Below, in pieces: positions 37,960 to 46,672 of a stretch of DNA of 64,000 nucleotides. The notes under the pieces were generated by a model, which was not told the origin of the DNA, ran no database searches, and was given only the letters and a program-made list of their open reading frames with translations. Source of the stretch: an uncultured Bacteroidales bacterium (lineage in GTDB: Bacteria > Bacteroidota > Bacteroidia > Bacteroidales > UBA932); assembly GCA_944322925.1 (NCBI GenBank), contig CALUQM010000008.1, positions 9,073 through 73,072 on the forward strand, written 5' to 3'. Positions within the stretch are counted from its first letter, which is position 1. The number at the start of each line of letters is the position of its first letter. A program made the translations under genes and the position numbers.

Positions 37960-38866
37960 TTTTCATGTTTTTCATCCATTCGACGGCGATGTCTTTCCAG
38001 ATGTCCATGGGTTTTCCGTTGTCGATGTATCCCATGCCGTGTTTCCCCGTCCTGAAAATGTGAATTTCGGCGGGAACGCCGGAGGCTTTCAGCTTGTCGT
38101 AGAATTCGAGTGCTCCGTCGACAGGAGCGGCAGGATCATCGGTACAGTGGGATATGAACGTCGGCATGGCGGTGCTGTCGATATGGTTTGCAGGATTGCA
38201 GAATTCAATGCTTTCTTCGTCCGGATCAGGTCCGAGGATTTTTTTCAGAGTCCATGTATTCCTGTCGTTTATCACGGCTTTTACCAGAATCAGAAAGTCC
38301 GGTCTCGATGAATAATGGTCCAGTTCGTGAGGAGAGTCCGGGTCCGCTTCCAGAGTATGTACTGCGAGCATGGCGGCAAGATGGCCTCCGGCAGACGAGC
38401 CTGTGATTCCGGTCATTTCCGGATTTATGCCGAATCTCGATGCGTTCATGCGCACCATTCTGACCGCCTGCTGTCCGTCAGTTACCGGAATCGACGGGTG
38501 TCCGTTCGGAAGACGGTATTTTACTACGACTGCGGCAAGCCCGTTGGCCGTATAGAATTCCGCCGCGCGGATGCCGGCGTCCCGGATATGGATGTTGGCA
38601 TACCCTCCGCCCGGAAATATCACTATGCACGGATAGCCGTTCTCCGGTTTCGGCGTTTCCGGAAGGAAGACCATGATTTCGGCTTCGGTGATATTGTAGC
38701 ATATACCTTTTTCCGATGTATATTCTTTTTCCGTTATTCCGTTCGAGGATATTTCCGAAGTATATTCTATCGGAAGGACGAAATCCGGTTCGGGAAGTCC
38801 GCTCCCGGCTGCTGCCGTCATCGAGGCGACGGCGGCACTTAGCAATATCGTGATTTTCTTTTTCAT
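37904..38866 (-). CDS. Secreted alpha/beta-hydrolase esterase (carbohydrate esterase-like)
   Basis: IFPGGGY, VVKYRLP, GSSAGGH (Ser), DDP (Asp), KHGMG (His). Confidence 0.88.
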   Translation of the reverse strand: MKKKITILLSAAVASMTAAAGSGLPEPDFVLPIEYTSEISSNGITEKEYTSEKGICYNITEAEIMVFLPETPKPENGYPCIVIFPGGGYANIHIRDAGIRAAEFYTANGLAAVVVKYRLPNGHPSIPVTDGQQAVRMVRMNASRFGINPEMTGITGSSAGGHLAAMLAVHTLEADPDSPHELDHYSSRPDFLILVKAVINDRNTWTLKKILGPDPDEESIEFCNPANHIDSTAMPTFISHCTDDPAAPVDGALEFYDKLKASGVPAEIHIFRTGKHGMGYIDNGKPMDIWKDIAVEWMKNMKIIGDPSRSGQKKGAQLQK

Positions 38867-38881
38867 TGCATGCGGCGATTA

Positions 38882-40876
38882 TTATTCTGCAGGCTCAGGG
38901 ACAAAAGGGAGAGGTCTCAGCGGTCTTGTCATTTTGTTGGTCTTGAGTCCTGTTTTGTAGACTTTCGGTCCGTAAAGGTCTTCGGCAGGTATGAGCCCGA
39001 GATTCACGAGGACTTTCCTTTCCCCGATACCGTCACCGGCGCCGGGCATTTTCTTCCTTTCCTTCTGAAGATAGGCTTCGGAAGCCTGCTCGAGAGACGA
39101 GATCACATAATCCGGAAATTCCGTTCTTGCTTCAGGGTCGATGGACAGGACTTCCAGGGCCGGAGTAAGTTTGCGGTTCCGCGACATCTCCCTGAATGCG
39201 ACATCTTTCATTTCAGTGTGGCAAAGGGCGAACGCCGCTTCCTGGGCTGCAAGGTAATCTTCTCCCGCAAGCATTTTCACAAGTTCTTCCAGCCCGTCGG
39301 AAAGTTCTCCCTTTGCGGCGAGTACGGCCATGTTCACCGTAGCCCAGAACTTGAATTCGCTGCCGTCGCTGCCGTTGATTACGGATTTCAGATAAGGAAT
39401 GTCGTCTTCGGTCACACAGGCGGTCATTTCGGCGAGGGAGTACAGTTTCTCGATATCGTACCCTTCAGCCCGTACCTTTTCGTAAGGAGAGCCTTCCTGC
39501 CGCGCTGTCATCGGCAGAAGTCCGAGATCCCCGGTGTCTCTGATATGTTCCGAAAGCGCTTTCCTGAATTTGTCTACCATGCCGGCATATTCCGGATTTC
39601 CTATAAGGTCGTTCAGTTCGAACGGATCTGCCGAGAGATCATAGAACGACTCGGCAGGGGCGTATTCGTACGGTCTCGATGTCGTTGCGGAGCATTCTCC
39701 CGCAAAATAAGCCTTGTCCCAGTACAGATTGGCCGGCATTTCCCACTGGAAATAATTGAAAAGGGCGTCTTTCTTGTACGGTATGTAATATCTGATGTAT
39801 TTGAAACGGCCGTCGCTGATCGTCCTCGACGGTATGTAGTGCAGCGACCTGTTGGTCATGTATCCGATCTGGTATTCGCGTTCTGCGGTGTCGTATTTCC
39901 CGAGAAACGGCAGTCCCTGCATGTAGGCCGGGGGTTCTATTCCGGCAGCGCTCAGGACGGTGGCGCCCATGTCGGCGAACGATACGAGCCTGTCGCAGTC
40001 TCCTGCCGGCATTTTCGACAGGTGCTGCCATTTTGGCGGCAGGTAGACCACCATCGGTACCCTGAAACTCGATTCGTATGAAAATGCCTTGCCACGTGGA
40101 AGACAGCCTCCGTGATCGCTGAATACGAACACTATCGTGTTGTCGTCCAGCCCTTTTTCCTTGAGGTCATCGAGAAATATCCTTACCCACTTGTCTATGT
40201 CGTTGACGCCTTCTATATGGAAGGCATAGTCCGACCTGACTTCAGGTATGTCGGGTACGTGAGGCGGGAGATCGAGCCCGTCAGGGTCGATTCCTTCCGC
40301 CGCAAAGTCACGCCGTCCGTCGAGATGTACGGAGGTCAGCCTGCTCATGTGCGTCAGTCCGCTGTTGAATACGGCGAAGAACGGCTGTCCGGGCTTCCTG
40401 CCGGGACTGTTGTATGTCGCGGTATTGCTGCATTCGTCCCAGCAGCTTCTGTTGTCGGTTTTCGTGTTGTAGTCCGTTTTCTGGTTGTTCGTGCAGTAAT
40501 ATCCCGCATCCCTGAGGTATTGTGGAAAAAGGATATTGTCCGGAGTGGCCACCTTTCCTCTGTGCCAGTCCATGGCAAATGTCGTAGAGTAGCATCCCGT
40601 AATCAGTGTGGATCTGGACGGAGAACTCTGCGGACCGCACGAGTAGGCATTGTTGAATTTGATGCCGATCCGGGCGAGACTGTCTATTACCGGCGTATCG
40701 GCAGCCCCGTTGCCGTAGCAGCCGAATTCATAGCTGCTCGTGTCTTCGAAGGTAAGCCAGAGGATATTCGGCCTTTCCTGTGTCTCCGGCCCACTTTCAT
40801 TGTTGTTTCCTGCCCATGCTGCCGGAATTGCTGCAAGGGCGGCGAGTGAAGAAAAATAAAATTTTGCGGTATTCAT
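38882..40876 (-). CDS. Ser-type sulfatase (resembles S1_8) with C-terminal helical/HEAT-like extension
   Basis: PNILWLTFED, QSSPSRSTLITG, KTDYN, VFSDHGG; start uncertain (40876/40882); TACTTTTG -7 element on minus at 40909-40916. Confidence 0.88.
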   Translation of the reverse strand: MNTAKFYFSSLAALAAIPAAWAGNNNESGPETQERPNILWLTFEDTSSYEFGCYGNGAADTPVIDSLARIGIKFNNAYSCGPQSSPSRSTLITGCYSTTFAMDWHRGKVATPDNILFPQYLRDAGYYCTNNQKTDYNTKTDNRSCWDECSNTATYNSPGRKPGQPFFAVFNSGLTHMSRLTSVHLDGRRDFAAEGIDPDGLDLPPHVPDIPEVRSDYAFHIEGVNDIDKWVRIFLDDLKEKGLDDNTIVFVFSDHGGCLPRGKAFSYESSFRVPMVVYLPPKWQHLSKMPAGDCDRLVSFADMGATVLSAAGIEPPAYMQGLPFLGKYDTAEREYQIGYMTNRSLHYIPSRTISDGRFKYIRYYIPYKKDALFNYFQWEMPANLYWDKAYFAGECSATTSRPYEYAPAESFYDLSADPFELNDLIGNPEYAGMVDKFRKALSEHIRDTGDLGLLPMTARQEGSPYEKVRAEGYDIEKLYSLAEMTACVTEDDIPYLKSVINGSDGSEFKFWATVNMAVLAAKGELSDGLEELVKMLAGEDYLAAQEAAFALCHTEMKDVAFREMSRNRKLTPALEVLSIDPEARTEFPDYVISSLEQASEAYLQKERKKMPGAGDGIGERKVLVNLGLIPAEDLYGPKVYKTGLKTNKMTRPLRPLPFVPEPAE

Positions 40877-41058
40877 GTTCATCAGGAAAAGATTAAACAG
40901 CTTCATGACAAAAGTACGAATCAGAAAATTGAAAAACGTGTAAAAAATTTTCAATAATTGCATATAATTTTTCCAAAAAGACAAAAAGGCGACCGGGAGC
41001 ATTAAATTTTGTTATTTTTACAATCGCATAACCGATAATCGCGAACTGTTCCGATATT

Positions 41059-44000
41059 ATGACAAGGTCTGAAATATACGCTCTTCTGGCGGCAGCCATG
41101 ATTTCCCTGACGGGTGCGGTCTCCTCGTCGGCCGAGCCTGGAAACGGAGATCTGAAACTCTCATTTACATATTACGGTGTTTTCGACGGCCTGCCGTCCA
41201 ATGAAATCAACAGGATAACCCAGGACTCTCTCGGATTCATCTGGTGTGCTACCAACAACGGCCTTGTCCGTTTCGACGGTTATGAATTTTCCGAGTTCCG
41301 TTCCAGCTACAAGCATCCGTCTTTCTTCCCGAACAATTATGTCAGGGACATGGAAAGGCTGGGCAGCGGGAAAATGTGTCTGGTCCTGTCCGATCAGGCG
41401 GCAATATTCGACAAGACGGAATCCAGGACGGAAGTGATAAACGATACCGTCATTTCTTCCCTGAAACTGAAGGCATTTGTTCCGGTGACGAAGACCGTAT
41501 TCATTCTCGGCGGAGAGGACGGAGGTGTCATATATGATTCGGAAACGGGAGTGGTATCGGACCGGATAAGCTGCAACGGAGAGCCTGTCAGGCATATCCG
41601 GCAGATATACCGGGACAGCGAAGGCAATATATGGCTGGGAACCTGGAGGCGCGGCATATATCTCATGAGGGCCGGATCGGATACTTTCGTCAAAATCAAG
41701 AGAAAGGGACTTCCGGGGAACATCACGGTGACGAAATTCGTAGAGGACAAAGACGGAAATCTCTTCGTCGGCACATGGGGAGACGGCCTGTTCTGTCTGT
41801 CGGGCAAGAAACGGGTGCTGTCATATTCATGGCCCAAGTCGGATGCCTACCATCTCGACAGGAACATAATATATGATATCGCCGTCGATGATAAAGGTAT
41901 GATATGGACTGGAACTCCGGGCGGACTGAGGATTTTCTCTCTGGCAGGCGGCCGGTTTTCCACCGTAAGCTATGTGAATGCCGAAACGAGGAGAGAGGAA
42001 GACCTGCATGAAGTAAGGGCCGTGTTCAAGGATAATGACGGCAATATATGGCTGTCGGACTATGGAAAAGGGCTTGTTACCATAAGCCATGAGATGCCGG
42101 GCATCCGGGAAATAGATCCGCGGGACATGGGCGTGAACTACAGTGTGGTTACGGCTCTTTACAAGCAGGGCGACATTCTGTGGATAGGAATAAGGGGGCT
42201 GAATTTCATCAGGTACGACATGCGCGCTGAGAAAATACTGCCGGATGCCGGTTTCATGAGGCAGTTCGATCCCGAATGCAATGCCGTCGTGAGCTTCGTC
42301 CCGGTTCCGGAGAAGGACCTGCTCTTCCTGTCGACCCGTTATCACGGAGTGTACATGCTGAAGATGAACGCAGGCGAGGTCACCGATATCCGCTACTTCG
42401 ATACCGGTGTCCCCGGAATCCGCAACGAGTTCACGAACACGGCTGCGAGGGATACGGAAAACAATATCTGGGTCGGTACGAATTCCGGGCTTTCGATACT
42501 TCGCTGTTCTCCGGATGGAGGATACGAAGTCATGAATCCGGCAGAACTCAATTCTTATCTGAAAAACTGCGTCGTCGAGACTGTTTTCCCCGATTCCAAA
42601 GGCAATGTCTGGGTCGGTACGACAAATTCCGGGCTTTACCGGATCAGATATGATGCGGACACAGGGACCATAGAGGAATTCCGCAGGTACTGCGTGGAGA
42701 ACGGGACTGTAAGCAACGACAGGATTCAGACCATTTTCGAAGATTCCAAAGGCCGGTTGTGGACCGGAACCAACGGCGGCGGACTGAATGTCTACAGGAG
42801 CGGGGAGGATACATTTGAAATCATCCGCAGCATGGACCTTTTCCCGTCTGACCAGATATTCGCCCTCGCCGAGGACGAATCCGGCAAGCTGTGGATATCG
42901 ACTGGAAAGGGCGTGACCTGCTACGATCCCGATGCCCGGGGAGGCAGTCTGTGGAATATCGGCATAGATGTCGGCCTGAAGAATCTGTCATTTATCAAGA
43001 ATGCCGTTCTGGAAGAGGCGGGAACCATTGTTTTCGGAGGATATGACGGACTGAGCATCTTTACTCCGGACATGATAAGCCAGGAGGGAGAGGTGCCTGT
43101 GCCGAGCATAATAGACGTGCAGATACTCAACGAGTCTCTTTTTACTCTTCCCGAAAAGGAAAGAATACGGGCCGCGGCCAAACTCCCTCCGTATTCGGAA
43201 AGGATAGTTCTCGGACACAAGGACATAAGTGTCAGTTTCAAGTACGTTTCTCCGACATTCAGAAACGAGGAGCTTGTCAAGTATGCCTACAGGCTTTCAG
43301 GGCTTGAAAAAGGCTGGAACTATGTCAAGTCCGACCAGAGGACGGTGACATACAATTATCTGAAACCGGGAAATTATGTCTTTGAAGTCAAGGCCGGAAA
43401 TGCAGCAGACATGTGGAATCCGGTAACGGCTTCCGTGGATATCGTGATCAGGCCTGCTCCGTGGCTGACGGTATGGGCGAAGCTGGGATATCTCATCGTG
43501 TCTCTGCTTGCGGGCTACGGTGTTTTCGTGACGGTACGCAACCGTGCGCGTCTGCGTCAGGCTCTGAGGATAGAACAGATGGAGCGTCTCAAATCCGATG
43601 AGGTCAACAACGCCAAGCTGATGTTCTTTACCAACGTTTCCCATGAGCTGTTCACTCCTATTACCGTGATGTCGTGCTCTCTGGAGAAACTGATAGAAAA
43701 GGAGCCGGAGAATCTTGCCCTTCACAAGATCATGCGTTCGAATCTGAACCGCCTGATGCGTCTTCTCCAGCAGATAATGGAGTTCAGGAAGGCTGAATCA
43801 TCCAATCTGAAACTGCGGGTATCGGAAATCGACATCGTGCCTTTCCTGAAGAAGATTTGCGATGAAAACTTCTCTCCGCTTGTCGTTGACAGGAATATAA
43901 GGATGATATTCTCTTCTGCCTCCGAACATATAAAAGGCTATGCCGATACCGACAAGCTCGACAAAATCGTATACAATCTCATATCCAATGCCTACAAATA

Positions 44001-45159
44001 CAACCGTGAAGACGGAAAAGTCTTCGTTTCCGTCGGCGACGAGACGGATAACGGACGCAGATTTGTCGTGATTTCCGTAAAGGATACGGGCTACGGTATA
44101 GAAAAAGACAGGCTGAAGGACCTGTTCAAGAGATTCTACGAAGGGGATTACAGGAAATTCAATACCAAAGGTACGGGAATTGGCCTGTCTCTGACGAAAG
44201 ATCTTGTCGACCTTCACCGCGGCACCATAAAGGTAGACAGTACGGAAGGGGAGGGTACGGTATTTACGGTAAGGCTGCCTCTCGACAAGGATGCGTACAG
44301 CCCGGATCAGATAGATTCCGGAATCATCGCCCAGAGCGATACGGACAGGCCGGGACATGTCGAAAGGGCAAAGGAAGCCCATGATGAAAATACGCCGACG
44401 CTGATGATAGTCGAAGACAACGAGGACCTGCGCCTTGTCATGAAAAATATTCTGGAACCGACCTACCGTATTTTTACAGCAAGCAACGGAAGGCTGGCTC
44501 TGGATATCCTCAAGGACGAGGATGTCGATCTGGTCATAACGGATTATCTCATGCCGGAGATGGACGGTATCGAACTGTGCAGGGCGATAAGGTCGGATAT
44601 TACCATATCCCATCTGCCTGTGATAATGCTCAGTGCAAAGACAGAAAAAGAGAGCAAGCTCAAATCATTCGAGTCCGGGATCGACGCCTATGTCACCAAG
44701 CCTTTCGAAGTGAATCTGCTTGTCGCTCAGGTCGACGGAATGATAGCGAACAGGAGGAAACTCTACGACAAGTTCCGGTCGGAAGAGAACATGCCGCCGG
44801 ATCTTCTTATCAGCACGGATATGGACAAACGCTTCATCGACAAGGCCATAAGGCTGATCGAAAGCCATATTTCCGACGCGGACTACAACATCGATGTCTT
44901 CAACGACGAGATGAACATGTCATATTCCACCCTTTACAGGAAAATCAAGGGAGTTACGGGCATGTCTCCAAAAGAATTTATCCGGAATATCCGCTTCAAG
45001 TATGCCTGCCGGCTGCTGCTGGAAAAAACCGCGACTGTTTCCGAAGTAGCTTTCATGGTAGGATTTACGGATGCAAAATATTTCAGCATTTCTTTCAAAA
45101 AGGAATTCGGTATGACACCGAGCCAGTATATAGCCGAACATCGTAAAAAGAACGAATAA
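41059..45159 (+). CDS. Hybrid two-component system regulator (beta-propeller sensor, Y_Y_Y, HisKA/HATPase, REC, AraC)
   Basis: GLPSNEINRITQD..GFIW repeats, YAYRLSG, SHELFTP, GTGIGLSL, VITDYLMPEMDG, VAFMVGFTDAKYFSISFKKEFGMTPSQY. Confidence 0.97.
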   Translation: MTRSEIYALLAAAMISLTGAVSSSAEPGNGDLKLSFTYYGVFDGLPSNEINRITQDSLGFIWCATNNGLVRFDGYEFSEFRSSYKHPSFFPNNYVRDMERLGSGKMCLVLSDQAAIFDKTESRTEVINDTVISSLKLKAFVPVTKTVFILGGEDGGVIYDSETGVVSDRISCNGEPVRHIRQIYRDSEGNIWLGTWRRGIYLMRAGSDTFVKIKRKGLPGNITVTKFVEDKDGNLFVGTWGDGLFCLSGKKRVLSYSWPKSDAYHLDRNIIYDIAVDDKGMIWTGTPGGLRIFSLAGGRFSTVSYVNAETRREEDLHEVRAVFKDNDGNIWLSDYGKGLVTISHEMPGIREIDPRDMGVNYSVVTALYKQGDILWIGIRGLNFIRYDMRAEKILPDAGFMRQFDPECNAVVSFVPVPEKDLLFLSTRYHGVYMLKMNAGEVTDIRYFDTGVPGIRNEFTNTAARDTENNIWVGTNSGLSILRCSPDGGYEVMNPAELNSYLKNCVVETVFPDSKGNVWVGTTNSGLYRIRYDADTGTIEEFRRYCVENGTVSNDRIQTIFEDSKGRLWTGTNGGGLNVYRSGEDTFEIIRSMDLFPSDQIFALAEDESGKLWISTGKGVTCYDPDARGGSLWNIGIDVGLKNLSFIKNAVLEEAGTIVFGGYDGLSIFTPDMISQEGEVPVPSIIDVQILNESLFTLPEKERIRAAAKLPPYSERIVLGHKDISVSFKYVSPTFRNEELVKYAYRLSGLEKGWNYVKSDQRTVTYNYLKPGNYVFEVKAGNAADMWNPVTASVDIVIRPAPWLTVWAKLGYLIVSLLAGYGVFVTVRNRARLRQALRIEQMERLKSDEVNNAKLMFFTNVSHELFTPITVMSCSLEKLIEKEPENLALHKIMRSNLNRLMRLLQQIMEFRKAESSNLKLRVSEIDIVPFLKKICDENFSPLVVDRNIRMIFSSASEHIKGYADTDKLDKIVYNLISNAYKYNREDGKVFVSVGDETDNGRRFVVISVKDTGYGIEKDRLKDLFKRFYEGDYRKFNTKGTGIGLSLTKDLVDLHRGTIKVDSTEGEGTVFTVRLPLDKDAYSPDQIDSGIIAQSDTDRPGHVERAKEAHDENTPTLMIVEDNEDLRLVMKNILEPTYRIFTASNGRLALDILKDEDVDLVITDYLMPEMDGIELCRAIRSDITISHLPVIMLSAKTEKESKLKSFESGIDAYVTKPFEVNLLVAQVDGMIANRRKLYDKFRSEENMPPDLLISTDMDKRFIDKAIRLIESHISDADYNIDVFNDEMNMSYSTLYRKIKGVTGMSPKEFIRNIRFKYACRLLLEKTATVSEVAFMVGFTDAKYFSISFKKEFGMTPSQYIAEHRKKNE

Positions 45160-45165
45160 CCGGTA

Positions 45166-45216
45166 TATTTTGACCGATTTGTGACCATAGAAAAAGGGTG
45201 CCATTGTTTAATTTTG
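45166..45216 (+). promoter_or_regulatory. Promoter with TATTTTGACCGA motif and TAATTTTG -7 element
   Basis: Motif C at 45174, -7 element 45209-45216, gap 34 nt identical to the two promoters at 35.1-35.3 kb. Confidence 0.7.
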
Positions 45217-45241
45217 CATTGAACGATAAAATCTTCTGACT

Positions 45242-46672
45242 ATGGGAAAGATATTGAGGACAATCGGGCTCCTTTCCGCCGGCTCCGTTCTGGTTCCGGC
45301 GTTGAATCAGGCCCGTGCCGAACAGACGGAAAAACCGAATATTCTGCTGCTTCTTATAGATGACATGGGGTACAGGGATACAGGTTTCACCGGAAGCGAT
45401 TTTTACGAGACCCCGGTGATAGATTCCCTGGCATCCCGCGGCATGGTGTTCAACCAGGCATACGCGTGTGCCGGGAACAGCGCTCCGAGCCGCTCATGTC
45501 TTATTTCCGGCCAGTTCACTCCGAGAAACGGAGTCTATGCGGTGTACCACACCAAACGCGGCCCGAAAGAATACATGAGGCTGGAGCCTTATCCCAATGA
45601 AAGCAACCTTCCTCTGGACTGTTATACGATTGCCGAAGCCATGAGGGATGCCGGCTATGCTACCGGAATGGTAGGAAAATGGCATCTCGGGGATTCCGGG
45701 CATTCCCCGGCCATGCAGGGATTCATGATGGCAAAGGAAGAAAAACCCCAGAGCATGGAGGAATTCAAGCGGACGAATGATCCCAAAAACATGTTCAGCG
45801 AGGTCGATACCATGATAGATTTCATCGAGAAATCCGTGGACGAGGGCAAGCCGTTCTTCGGCTACCTCCCGTTCCATGCAGTCCATACCGCATGGCAGGC
45901 GAGGCAGGACTATGTGGATTATTTCTCCGGCAAGAAACCGGGAAAACTGCACAAACAGCCGCTGTATGCGGCGATGATCAGGAATCTGGATGACGCCATC
46001 GGAAAACTGGTCGACAAAATAAACGAACTCGGTATATCGGACAACACCATAATAATATTTACTTCGGACAACGGCGGGGTCCCTAAAACTTCCCAGGCTC
46101 CGCTGCGCGGATTCAAGGGCTGTCTTTACGAAGGAGGCATAAGGGTTCCGATGTTTTTTTACTGTCCGGCCAGAATTCAGGCCGGATCTACGGATCTTCC
46201 GGTAGCAAACGTGGATTTCTTCCCTACTGTAGTCGATATGGCAGGAGGAGATATCCCTGAAGACAAGGTCCTGGACGGCATTTCCCTTAAAGGACTTCTG
46301 TATGGAGAAAAGGAAATGACGGAGCGGCCAGTCCTGTACTGGCATTTCCCGGGCTATCTCGACAAGCCGTGTCCGGGAGGCAGGGACGAACTGTTCCGGC
46401 AGAGGCCTTCGACCGTAATGAGAAAAGGCGACTGGAAACTGACTCTGTATTATGAAGAATGGATGCTCGACGGCGGCTGGGAGGCAAGGGATACCAATCA
46501 CTGCACGGAACTGTACAATCTGAAAGACGACATGTCCGAGACGCACGACCTGTCTTCCGAATGTCCGGAAATACGTGATGCCATGCTTGCGGAAATGCTG
46601 CAGTGGCTCAGGGACAATGATGTGGATATGCCTACGGTAAAACAACAGAACGGTAAAACAGCAGAACGATGA
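45242..46672 (+). CDS. Ser-type sulfatase (resembles S1_16)
   Basis: PNILLLLIDDMG, GNSAPSRSCLISG, GKWHLG, FTSDNGG, KGCLYEGGIRVP. Confidence 0.93.
   Translation: MGKILRTIGLLSAGSVLVPALNQARAEQTEKPNILLLLIDDMGYRDTGFTGSDFYETPVIDSLASRGMVFNQAYACAGNSAPSRSCLISGQFTPRNGVYAVYHTKRGPKEYMRLEPYPNESNLPLDCYTIAEAMRDAGYATGMVGKWHLGDSGHSPAMQGFMMAKEEKPQSMEEFKRTNDPKNMFSEVDTMIDFIEKSVDEGKPFFGYLPFHAVHTAWQARQDYVDYFSGKKPGKLHKQPLYAAMIRNLDDAIGKLVDKINELGISDNTIIIFTSDNGGVPKTSQAPLRGFKGCLYEGGIRVPMFFYCPARIQAGSTDLPVANVDFFPTVVDMAGGDIPEDKVLDGISLKGLLYGEKEMTERPVLYWHFPGYLDKPCPGGRDELFRQRPSTVMRKGDWKLTLYYEEWMLDGGWEARDTNHCTELYNLKDDMSETHDLSSECPEIRDAMLAEMLQWLRDNDVDMPTVKQQNGKTAER

Noticed and set aside
43636-43665. HTCS H-box reads SHELFTP instead of SHELRTP
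   Set aside because: The phospho-accepting His and the receiver Asp are intact; not evidence of inactivation
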